Virus record (IMG/VR): IMGVR_UViG_3300037755_000271 | Span: 1-24,869 of that record | From: a virus | Taxonomy: Duplodnaviria; Caudoviricetes | Length of the DNA stretch: 24,869 nucleotides | Direction: 5' to 3' (one strand) | In this document: positions 1-8,497 of the stretch, in pieces | Numbering within the stretch: position 1 is the stretch's first letter | Layout: the number at the start of each line of letters is the position of its first letter | Program-made: the position numbers and the translations under genes | Notes under the pieces: model-generated | Told to the model about the DNA's origin: nothing | What the model saw: the letters and a program-made list of their open reading frames with translations, nothing else | Databases searched by the model: none

Positions 1-2
1 GC

Positions 3-1634
3 ATCCTCGCGATCGAGGAAGCACGCAAGAGCCTGATCGCGTTCACGCGGCTGACCATGCCTGATCCGGAGGACTCCGACAATCCGGACAAGAGTCTGTA
101 TCAGGTGGCGCCGCACCATGAGATGATCGCCGAGATGCTGGAGCGGCTGGAGAGCGGAAAGACGCTGCGCATTGCGCTGTCGATCCCGCCGCAGCACGGC
201 AAGTCCGAGCTTTTTTCGCGGCGCTTCATCGCGTGGTACCGCGGGCGCAATCCGCGCAAGAACATCATCTTTGCGACATACAGCGACACGTTCGCCGAGG
301 AGTTCGGTGGTGAGGTGCGCGAGATCATGCAATCGGACGCCTTCAAGCAGGCATTCCCCAATGTCAAGCTGCGTACTGGATCGAAGGCGAAGGACAGCCT
401 GATCGTCGAGCAGGGTGGGCGCATGTCGTTCATTGGCCGCGGCGGCGCGGCGACCGGCAAGCCGGCGGATCTGGTGATCATAGACGACCCGCTGAAGAAC
501 GCCGAGGAAGCCAACTCGCCGACCATCGTCAAGCAGCTTCACGAGTGGTACCGCAAGGTCATCTACTCGCGCGTCCGTTCGACGACGGCGATCGGTATCG
601 TGCATACGCGCTGGACGGAAGACGACTTGATCGGCCGGCTCTGCGACCCCGAGCACTCGGACCGCAAGAACGACCAGGGCGAGTCGAAGTCGTGGACTTA
701 CATCAACGTGCCGGCCGTGCTGAAGGCCGGACCCGTGGCCGACGCGCTCAAGGTGAAGCTCGAGACGCCGACCGATCCGCGCGTGATCACGGCGTTCGGC
801 CGCGCGCAGGTGGGCGTGGATGGCAAGATGGGAGAGCCGCAGCCGGTGCCGATGGCCGCGTTGTGGCCGGAGGAGTTCTCGCTGGAGCACTTGGCGAGCG
901 CCTACCATCTCGGCCCGAGCGACTTCAATGCGCTCTACATGGGTCGGCCGACGCCTGAAACGGGCGATTATTTCAAGGCGCATTGGCTGGTCGCGCATCG
1001 TAACCCCGATGAGTATCCGTCGACGGAGCGGCTGCGTTTCTACGCGGCGAGCGATCATGCGCTGACCACGAAGACGCAGAACGACGCGACGTGCATGGGT
1101 GCGATCGGCGTCGATCAGAACAATCACCTGTGGGTGATGCCGGAGCTCGTGTGGGATCGGTTCGAAACCGACCGGCTCGTCGAGGAGATGATCGCGATCA
1201 TGAAGTTCCGGAAGCCGCAGCTTTGGTGGGCGGAGTCGGAGCATATCGAGAAGGCGATCGGCCCGTTCCGCCGGCAGGAGCAGCTGAAGCATGGCGCGTT
1301 CACGACCGTCGTTCCGGTGCCGTCGATTGTCGACATCCAGGCACGGGCGCGGAACATTCAGGGCCGGCTGTCGCTGCGCAGCGTGCATTTCCCGGCGTGG
1401 ATGCCGTGGTGGCCGGAGGCGAAGGCGCAATTGCTCAAGTTTCCGAGCGCCAAACACGACGATTTCGTATCGTTTCTATCGCTGATCGGCCGCGGGCTCG
1501 ACAGCATGGCGCCGGCAGAGAGGCCGAAGGATGCAGATAAGGTGATCAGGGTGGGGTCTATGGCGTGGGTCAAGGCGCAGCACGACAGGCAGCAGCGCCG
1601 GTTGAAGATGCGGAAGTCGGCGGCGGGATTCTGA
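3..1634 (+). CDS. terL: Terminase large subunit (5' end outside window)
   Basis: Walker A PPQHGKS, Walker B LVIIDDP, C-terminal RNase H-like nuclease motifs (ASDHA...NDATC, KHDDFV). The frame is open from base 3 (ILAIEEARKSLIAFTRLT-M), so ATG 57 is probably internal. Confidence 0.93.
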   Translation: MLAIEEARKSLIAFTRLTMPDPEDSDNPDKSLYQVAPHHEMIAEMLERLESGKTLRIALSIPPQHGKSELFSRRFIAWYRGRNPRKNIIFATYSDTFAEEFGGEVREIMQSDAFKQAFPNVKLRTGSKAKDSLIVEQGGRMSFIGRGGAATGKPADLVIIDDPLKNAEEANSPTIVKQLHEWYRKVIYSRVRSTTAIGIVHTRWTEDDLIGRLCDPEHSDRKNDQGESKSWTYINVPAVLKAGPVADALKVKLETPTDPRVITAFGRAQVGVDGKMGEPQPVPMAALWPEEFSLEHLASAYHLGPSDFNALYMGRPTPETGDYFKAHWLVAHRNPDEYPSTERLRFYAASDHALTTKTQNDATCMGAIGVDQNNHLWVMPELVWDRFETDRLVEEMIAIMKFRKPQLWWAESEHIEKAIGPFRRQEQLKHGAFTTVVPVPSIVDIQARARNIQGRLSLRSVHFPAWMPWWPEAKAQLLKFPSAKHDDFVSFLSLIGRGLDSMAPAERPKDADKVIRVGSMAWVKAQHDRQQRRLKMRKSAAGF

Positions 1635-1635
1635 C

Positions 1636-3777
1636 ATGCAGAACCAGATGGACGCATATTCCGAGATGATCGGCGGTGGCGAGCAACCGGAGAAGATGGT
1701 GCCGCGCGAGACGCCGGAGATATCGCCGGAGCGCAAGGCGCTTGTCACGCGCTGGCACAAGATCGTCAAGGCCGGGAAGGATTTCCGCAAAGAACGCTAC
1801 GAGCGGATGCGCGAGTGCATGACGTATGCGCACCGCGGCGCCGGCAAGGATTGGTCGCGCGACAAGAAGTACATTGCGAATATCACGCAGCGGCACATCA
1901 ATCAGTCGGTCGCGCAGCTGTATGCGAAGAATCCGAAGGCCGTGGCCAAGCGGAAGCCGAGGCTGAATTTCAGTTTGTGGGATGGCAAGCCGGAGAGCAT
2001 CCAACAAGCGATGATGGGACTTCAGCAGGCGCAGATGATGGGCATGCCGCCTGACATGAACGCCATGCATATGCTGATGGAAGTTCAGCAGGCCAAGTCG
2101 CACATGCAGATGCTCGACCGGCTCGGCAAGACACAGGTGATCCTGTTCAACTATTACCTCGACGAGCAGGAGCCGAAGTTCAAGACGCAGATGAAGCAGA
2201 TGGTTCGGCGCACGAAGGTGTGCGGCGTCGGCTACATGGAGCTTGGATTTCAGCGGCTCATGGAGCCGGACGCCGATGTGACGAAGAAGATATCGGACGT
2301 CTCCGACCAGATCGCCGAGATGGAGCGCATCCTGGCCGATGTGGCGGATGGCGAGATTCAGCCGGACTCGCACGAGATGGCCGAGCTTCAGGCGATGATG
2401 GAGGCGCTGCAGCAGAAGGAATTCATCATCGTCCGCGAGGGGCCGGTTTTCGGCTTTCCCCGATCGACCGAGATCATCGTCGATCCGCGGTGCCGGCAGC
2501 TTCAGGGCTTTATCGGGGCGAATTGGGTAGCGCAGGAGATGCTGCTCACGCCCGATGAGGTGCAGCGGTTTTACAAGGTCGATATCGGCTCGTCTTACAC
2601 GACCTACCAGCCGGACAAGCGCGACTACCTGCTCGATCCCGAGACCGTCGAAGACACGGCTGGCAAGGGTATGGTCTGCGTGTGGCGGGTGCAGGACAAG
2701 CGGACCGGCACGGTGTTTACGCTGGCGGACGGATACGCCGATTTCCTGCAGGGGCCGGAGGCGCCACCCGTCAAGCTGGAGCGGTTCTGGACCACGTTCG
2801 TCCTGACGTTTAACGACATCGAAGATGAGGATGAAATAATTCCGCCGTCCGACGTCGAACTGATGATGGACATGCAGGATGAGTACAATCGGTCGCGCGA
2901 GGCGCTTCGAGAGCACCGCAAGGCGAATCGGCCGAAATACATCACCGTGGCCGGTCGTCTCGACGATGAGGACAAGGCCAAGCTTATGTCGCATCCGGAT
3001 AGCGCCGTTATCGAACTGAATGCGCTGGCGCCCGGCGAGAAGGCAGAGGAGTTGCTGCAGGCGTTCAAGCCGGCGCCGATCGATCCCGCGCTCTACGACA
3101 CCACGCCGGTGTTCGACGACGTGCAGCGATCGGTCGGGTCGCAGGAAGCCAATCTCGGTGGCACGGGCGGAGCGACCGCGACTGAAAGCTCGATCGCCGA
3201 GTCCGGACGGGTGGCGTCGCTGTCATCGAACGTGGATGATCTGGATGAATTCCTGAGCGACGTGGCGCGATCGACCGGCCAGCTGATGCTGATCGAGCTC
3301 GATACCGATACCGTGTTCGAGATCGTCGGACCTGGCGCCGTTTGGCCGACCCTCTCCCGCGAGGAGATCGTGAAGGAAATCTTTCTCGAGATCAAAGCGG
3401 GATCGTCCGGCCGGCCGAACCGTGCCGGCGAGCTCGCGAACCTCGAGCGCGGCATGCCTTTCATCCTGCAGTTGCCCGGCATGAATCCGACGCCGTTCGG
3501 TCAGCGGTATCTCGATCTGCTCGACATCGACGTCGAGGAGGCGGTGATCGAAGGCATGCCGTCGATCACGGCGATGAATTCCATGGCCGGCGGTCAGACG
3601 GGCCAAGTCACCGGAGATCCGGCCACCGATCCGGCGATGCAGGGCGGCGACGGCGCTGACAATGCGCCGCGGCAGGCCGGCGATGCGCGCGATGCGCAGG
3701 AGCGCGGACAGAATCCGAACCAGCCGGCGTTCCCGTCGCCAGTGCCCGGCCACAACGCGCAGAATCAAGTCGCTTGA
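1636..3777 (+). CDS. Portal protein (P22-like podovirus type)
   Basis: 713 aa directly after terL (TGA-C-ATG); portal-like segments DMQDEYNRSR and TATESSIAES; low-complexity Gln/Pro/Ala C-terminal tail. Confidence 0.85.
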   Translation: MQNQMDAYSEMIGGGEQPEKMVPRETPEISPERKALVTRWHKIVKAGKDFRKERYERMRECMTYAHRGAGKDWSRDKKYIANITQRHINQSVAQLYAKNPKAVAKRKPRLNFSLWDGKPESIQQAMMGLQQAQMMGMPPDMNAMHMLMEVQQAKSHMQMLDRLGKTQVILFNYYLDEQEPKFKTQMKQMVRRTKVCGVGYMELGFQRLMEPDADVTKKISDVSDQIAEMERILADVADGEIQPDSHEMAELQAMMEALQQKEFIIVREGPVFGFPRSTEIIVDPRCRQLQGFIGANWVAQEMLLTPDEVQRFYKVDIGSSYTTYQPDKRDYLLDPETVEDTAGKGMVCVWRVQDKRTGTVFTLADGYADFLQGPEAPPVKLERFWTTFVLTFNDIEDEDEIIPPSDVELMMDMQDEYNRSREALREHRKANRPKYITVAGRLDDEDKAKLMSHPDSAVIELNALAPGEKAEELLQAFKPAPIDPALYDTTPVFDDVQRSVGSQEANLGGTGGATATESSIAESGRVASLSSNVDDLDEFLSDVARSTGQLMLIELDTDTVFEIVGPGAVWPTLSREEIVKEIFLEIKAGSSGRPNRAGELANLERGMPFILQLPGMNPTPFGQRYLDLLDIDVEEAVIEGMPSITAMNSMAGGQTGQVTGDPATDPAMQGGDGADNAPRQAGDARDAQERGQNPNQPAFPSPVPGHNAQNQVA

Positions 3778-3803
3778 CATGCGTGTCGTGTTTAGCGAAA
3801 GAT
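3774..3803 (+). promoter_or_regulatory. Putative sigma70-type promoter for scaffold/capsid genes with TGTCG motif in the spacer
   Basis: Perfect TTGACA at 3774-3779; weak -10 (AAAGAT 3798-3803); GTGTCGTGTTTAGCG at 3783-3797. Confidence 0.45.
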
Positions 3804-3859
3804 GATATCAGACACCCGCGCCGTGACGCGTGGGAGATTCGAAACGGAGATCACATATC

Positions 3860-4951
3860 GTGACGACCAAAGTCGAGGGTGACTCCTCGGCTTCGGCTGA
3901 CCAGATAGAGGACGTAAATGCCGCCATCTCGTCCGAGGCGGAAGACGGTCAGCAGGAAGCCAATCAGTCGACGGACGTAAATGATGCCGGCGCATCGTCC
4001 GACGCCGGCGAGGATGGAAAATCCGCGAAATCATCCCCCGCGGAGGGTGACAAAGAACCAAAGTCTCTGCTCGAAGCCGTGCAAGCGGCGTCGAAGAAAG
4101 AGGCGGAGGCCGAGAAATCACCCGGCTCGGAAGGTGGTCAGGAGAAGGCAAAGCCCGCTCCCGACGAAGACACCGACGAGTCTGAGGAAGACGGTACCGG
4201 AGAGCTTTCCGAGAAGGAACTCGCCGCCCTCAAGCCAAAGACCCGTAAGCGAATGGAGTTTCTGTCCGGCCAGCTTGGCGCGTTGCGCCCGAAGGCCGAG
4301 GCGATGGACCAACTGGTCCGCTACGTCGAAGAAGCGAACTTGCAAACCGACGAGGTGAACAAGGGCTTCGAGATCATGCGGCTCATGAAGTCCAATCCAT
4401 TCGAAGCGTTACAGCAGTTGCGGCCCTACATAAACACGCTTCTGCAGATCACCGGCGAACAGTTGCCGGCTCAACTGCAGAACGAAGTGAATCAAGGGCT
4501 TATCTCCGAGCAGCATGCTCGCACTTTGGTGCAGCAGGCGACGAGAACGCAACTGGCGAATGACGCAGCGACTCGTGCGTCGGATGAAGCCAAGAGGATT
4601 CAGACCGAACATTCTCAGACGACGCACGTCAACGAAGTCGCTACAGCGGTGTCCGAGTGGGAGAACAAGTGGGCAGCGTCAGACCCCGACTACAAAGCGA
4701 AGCAAAGCCTAGTTCAGGAGAAGATCGAACTTGGGCTTATGCGGTTGCGCAATTCGGGGCAGCCCATCACACGGCAAGCGGTCCTGAAATTGGCGAACGA
4801 AAGCAAGACGGCCGTCGAGGCCCAACTGAAGTCGTTCACGCCGCGTAAGCAGCAGGTAAATCCAATTCCGAACGGGCAGGGCTCCGCTCAGGCGACCCCT
4901 CAGCCGAAGACCATGTTGGAAGCAGTTCGCATGGCGGCACGGGGGTCATAG
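3860..4951 (+). CDS. Capsid assembly scaffolding protein
   Basis: Between portal and capsid; very acidic disordered N-terminus, helical core, basic C-terminus. GTG 3860 preferred because of GGAG at 3846-3849. Confidence 0.75.
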   Translation: MTTKVEGDSSASADQIEDVNAAISSEAEDGQQEANQSTDVNDAGASSDAGEDGKSAKSSPAEGDKEPKSLLEAVQAASKKEAEAEKSPGSEGGQEKAKPAPDEDTDESEEDGTGELSEKELAALKPKTRKRMEFLSGQLGALRPKAEAMDQLVRYVEEANLQTDEVNKGFEIMRLMKSNPFEALQQLRPYINTLLQITGEQLPAQLQNEVNQGLISEQHARTLVQQATRTQLANDAATRASDEAKRIQTEHSQTTHVNEVATAVSEWENKWAASDPDYKAKQSLVQEKIELGLMRLRNSGQPITRQAVLKLANESKTAVEAQLKSFTPRKQQVNPIPNGQGSAQATPQPKTMLEAVRMAARGS

Positions 4952-4979
4952 AGCAACCGACTTGTAATTGGGGATTACC

Positions 4980-6023
4980 ATGCCGTTCACTGCACAAGAA
5001 CTCGAGAACATCGCCAATGCGGCGATCGACTTCCATTTCATGCGAGGGCAAGTCCACTCGCAGACCATCCAGGAGAAGCCTCTGCTGCGCACCATGAAGG
5101 CGAAGCAGAAGACGTTCCCCGGTGGTAAAGAGAACATCACCGTCCGCGTCAAGGGCGAGTACAGCACGACCATCATGGGTTTCGAGCATGATGACACCGT
5201 GACGTACCAGAATCCGGCGAACATCAAGACCGCCACCTTCCCGTGGAAGGAAATCCACGCCGGCATCAGCTGCACGCTGACCGAGCTCAAGAAGGATGGC
5301 ATCAGCGTCGTCGACAGCGCGAACAGCAAGAGCACCACGTCCCACAGCAACCGCGAGGAAACCGCTCTGGCGAACCTTCTCGAGGATAAGCTTGAGGACA
5401 TGAGCGAGGGCTATGCGCGCGGCAAGAACGAGATGTTCTGGCGTGACGGCACGCAGGACGCCAAGCAGGTGCCTGGCATCCGTTCGTTTATCCTGGACGA
5501 TCCGACTTCGGCGACCGTCGTGGCCGGCGTTGACCAGTCCGCGAACACCTGGTGGCGCAACCGCGCGTCGCTGGCGCTCAACGTCAGCACGCCGGCGAAC
5601 CAGGTGCTCGTTCAGAAGCTCCAGACCGAGTATCGGCAGCTTCGCCGTTTCGGCGGTCGGCCGAACTTCTTCCCGTGCGGCTCCGACTTCCTCGACGCGT
5701 TCGAGCAGGAGCTTCGGTCGAAGGGCAACTACACGCTGGAGGGCTGGTCCAAGCAGGGCCGGATTGACGCCAGCGTGGCCGATCTCGCCTTCAAGGGCGT
5801 CAACCTGGAATACGACCCGACGCTCGACGATCTCGGCCTGGCCAAGTACGGCTTCTGGCTCGACACCAGCTGCATCTATCCGATGGTGATGGACGGCGAG
5901 GACGACAAGAAGCACTCGCCGGCGCGTCCCGAGGACAAGTACGTTCTCTATCGTGCGCTCACCTGGACCGGCGGGCTGGTCTGCAAGCGTCGTAACTCGA
6001 GCGGAGTCTACTCGATCGCGTAA
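4980..6023 (+). CDS. Major capsid protein (HK97 fold, podovirus type)
   Basis: 347 aa from ATG 4980, after the scaffold; strongly biased codon usage; capsid-like segments (FWRDGT...PGIRSFI, VAGVDQSANTWWRN, WTGGLVCKRRNSSGV). Confidence 0.85.
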   Translation: MPFTAQELENIANAAIDFHFMRGQVHSQTIQEKPLLRTMKAKQKTFPGGKENITVRVKGEYSTTIMGFEHDDTVTYQNPANIKTATFPWKEIHAGISCTLTELKKDGISVVDSANSKSTTSHSNREETALANLLEDKLEDMSEGYARGKNEMFWRDGTQDAKQVPGIRSFILDDPTSATVVAGVDQSANTWWRNRASLALNVSTPANQVLVQKLQTEYRQLRRFGGRPNFFPCGSDFLDAFEQELRSKGNYTLEGWSKQGRIDASVADLAFKGVNLEYDPTLDDLGLAKYGFWLDTSCIYPMVMDGEDDKKHSPARPEDKYVLYRALTWTGGLVCKRRNSSGVYSIA

Positions 6024-6055
6024 GCGGTCGTGTTTGACGAAAAAGGAAAATCATC

Positions 6056-7318
6056 ATGTCTTTCGATACAGTCCTTCACACTCTCTCCGCACAGGTTGCG
6101 AGCGCCGGCACGTTCGACGTCGCATACCCCAACGGCCGCAAGGCGGGAGACTATACCGGTTCGCACGCGCACAAGCTGTTCGCGATGCAGGCCAAATTCG
6201 AAGCTCCGAACAGCTTTACCGTCTCGTTCGGCGCTTCGGCCGCGACCGTCACCTACAACGGATCGACCACCATTCCGGCCGGCACTACCGTACGGCTGCA
6301 GTTCGATCGGCCCGGCACGGACAATCTGGACCCGGATGAAGTCGTGCTTCCGAGCCACATGTCCCTGTCGCCACTTCACCTGATCCATCTCGGATCTCCG
6401 GCGACGGCAGACGCCAATGGGTACGTGGAGTCGCAGGATCTCACGGCGCTCGGCGTGTTTTCTGTCGATGTCACGGCTGCGGCAGCGATTGCCGCGGCGG
6501 CACTCAACGGCGAGGCCGATGTTCCGCGAAATGTCGTGGCAGCGTGGACAACCGATGCGGTCCTCACCGTCACAGGCACTGATGAATTTGATAACGTCAT
6601 GGTCGAAAGCTCGGCCAGCGCTGCCATCTTCACCGGCAAGAAGGCGTTCAAGACGGTGACGGGCATCTCGTCCGACACGGACATCACCGCGCTTACTGTG
6701 GGCACCGGCGACGTTCTCGGCCTTCCGGCATTCCTTCGTGAAGCCGGTGAAGTCGTGGCTGAGTACAAGGATGGGGTCATTCTTCCCCGCGAGCCCGGCA
6801 AGGTCTACATCCCGTTCCATTACGGTGCGACGCAAATCAACGCCGGCACCGGCTGGTTCATCAACTCTCCGGTGGCGGGCCGCATCGTCGGTCTTCGTAC
6901 GGCCGTTGAAATCGCCTTCACCACGGGTGGAGCCGTCACCGTCAATGTCGGCGCTACTCCGGTCGATGGGCTGTCCGTCACTGTCGGAACGGAAGCGGCC
7001 GACGAACTCGACTCCGATACGGCCACGGCAGGACACGCATCTGCGGTTGTCGCAGTGGGTGATCTGATCACGATCCTCGGTGCAGCCGGGTTTGACTCGG
7101 CGGGAGCACTGAACGGTGTTCTTGAGATCGCGGTCGACCCTGCCGACCAGATGGACGGCACGCTGGTGGCAGGAGTCACCAGCAAGGCGACGGCGACCAC
7201 GGGCGATGTCCGCGGCACCTACGATCCGACCGCGGCTTGCAACGGCGCCCTGGCGTTCGCGCTCGTCGTGGCACTGGTCGATCCGGGTGACCGCGGCGTG
7301 CCGCAGTTTGCCGGCTAA
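6056..7318 (+). CDS. Virion structural protein (capsid decoration/head-fibre-like)
   Basis: 420 aa, Ala/Gly/Thr/Val-rich beta-strand character, AAGGA RBS, immediately after MCP and before a strong hairpin. Confidence 0.6.
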   Translation: MSFDTVLHTLSAQVASAGTFDVAYPNGRKAGDYTGSHAHKLFAMQAKFEAPNSFTVSFGASAATVTYNGSTTIPAGTTVRLQFDRPGTDNLDPDEVVLPSHMSLSPLHLIHLGSPATADANGYVESQDLTALGVFSVDVTAAAAIAAAALNGEADVPRNVVAAWTTDAVLTVTGTDEFDNVMVESSASAAIFTGKKAFKTVTGISSDTDITALTVGTGDVLGLPAFLREAGEVVAEYKDGVILPREPGKVYIPFHYGATQINAGTGWFINSPVAGRIVGLRTAVEIAFTTGGAVTVNVGATPVDGLSVTVGTEAADELDSDTATAGHASAVVAVGDLITILGAAGFDSAGALNGVLEIAVDPADQMDGTLVAGVTSKATATTGDVRGTYDPTAACNGALAFALVVALVDPGDRGVPQFAG

Positions 7319-7326
7319 GTCTGAAC

Positions 7327-7362
7327 GATGCAGCGGTCTTCGGACCGCTGCATCACTATTTC
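7327..7362 (+). terminator. Stem-loop, likely intrinsic terminator or mRNA-stabilising hairpin after head genes
   Basis: Perfect 12-bp stem GATGCAGCGGTC / GACCGCTGCATC with C(TTCG)G tetraloop, followed by an imperfect T tract (ACTATTTC). Confidence 0.8.
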
Positions 7363-7373
7363 TAGGAGAGACG

Positions 7374-7787
7374 ATGAAGCTCTACCAGTGCAAGGTCCGC
7401 CTCGGCGGCAGCGTCCTGAACGAAGTCCCGAAATTCAATATCACGCCGGCGGAGATCATGATGCTTCGCCTGCTTCATGGCGGAGACGACGCCGTGGTCG
7501 ACATCCGGGAGACCGGCGAGGACCGCAAGCGATCCAACGACGGAGAGCGGGCGCGACTGCGCCACGCCTATGCCAGCGCGATTGCGAAGACGGAGCGCGG
7601 CCAGCTGGACCCGATCATGCAGCTTTTTGGTCCTGACCATCTGCCGTTGCCGACCGCTGTGAAGTCGGCGACGCGCATCATGGATCGCGACGAGCCCGAG
7701 GCGAAGCCCGCCGCGGCGCCGTCCGCCAGCAAGATCCCACCCTTGGCCGGAGAGTTGGTCGAGGTGCCGTCCGAACTGCTCGCCTGA
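7374..7787 (+). CDS. Hypothetical virion-module protein (137 aa)
   Basis: AGGAG RBS at 7364-7368, ATG 7374 (MKLYQCKVRLGG...). The 7116 start in the track overlaps the upstream gene and is not credible. Confidence 0.8.
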   Translation: MKLYQCKVRLGGSVLNEVPKFNITPAEIMMLRLLHGGDDAVVDIRETGEDRKRSNDGERARLRHAYASAIAKTERGQLDPIMQLFGPDHLPLPTAVKSATRIMDRDEPEAKPAAAPSASKIPPLAGELVEVPSELLA

Positions 7788-7797
7788 GTGATGTTCG

Positions 7798-8496
7798 ATG
7801 GCGCGCGGCACGCAGTTGGGCCAACTGGTCGTCCAGCTGCGGCACGAGATCGGTGATTCGGTCAGTGTCGCGGCCGGGCAAGACCTAGAGGACTCGTACA
7901 AGCATATCCTGCGTCGCACGCAGGAGGAGCTTTACGAGGATTACACCTGGCCCCATCTCGTCGCGTTCAAGTCGAAGGCGCTGGCCGCAGGCCAACGATA
8001 TTACGACTTCCCGGCTGGCATGAATTACGAGGGCATCCGCGAGGCGGCGGTCGTATACAACGGCAACCCGCACGACGTCGAGCGCGGTATTGGCTTCGAG
8101 CACTACGCCTCTCACAGCAGCGACGATGACGAGCGGTCCGACCCGCTGATCGCATGGGATATACGCGACGTCGCCGGCGCCGTGCAATTTGAGGCATGGC
8201 CGATCCCGGCATCCAACTCCATGACGCTGTTCTTCAAGACGGTCGTGGCGCTCCCGGCGCTCACGTCGAGCAGCGACACCTGCGTGATCGATGACCGGCT
8301 GATCGTGCTGTTCGCCGCGGCCGAGATCCTGGCGCGCCGGGACAGCGCCGATGCGCGCGACAAGCACGCCAAGGCGCAGGGCCGGCTCGTCAAGCTGCGC
8401 GCCCGCTCGCAGGGCGCATCCAAGATGATTACCATGGGCGGCGCATCGCAACCGCGGCGCGGGCTGCGAGGGCAGACGATAATTCGGGTGTCCTGA
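7798..8496 (+). CDS. Head-to-tail adaptor / tail tubular protein A-like
   Basis: 232 aa; helical N- and C-termini around a beta core (W-P-H-L, GQRYYDFP, WPIP, DDRLIVLFAAAE) typical of podovirus adaptors; position before the nozzle. Confidence 0.7.
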   Translation: MARGTQLGQLVVQLRHEIGDSVSVAAGQDLEDSYKHILRRTQEELYEDYTWPHLVAFKSKALAAGQRYYDFPAGMNYEGIREAAVVYNGNPHDVERGIGFEHYASHSSDDDERSDPLIAWDIRDVAGAVQFEAWPIPASNSMTLFFKTVVALPALTSSSDTCVIDDRLIVLFAAAEILARRDSADARDKHAKAQGRLVKLRARSQGASKMITMGGASQPRRGLRGQTIIRVS

Positions 8497-8497
8497 T

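Noticed and set aside
1450-1485. TerL nuclease motif HDDFVS lacks the later Asp of HDDxxD, suggesting a dead nuclease
   Set aside because: The HDD acidic residues and the first catalytic Asp are intact; the later position varies among active terminases.
2001-2112. Met/Gln-rich patch in the portal resembling the 58-aa peptide
   Set aside because: Similarity is compositional only; such low-complexity loops are common in podovirus portals.
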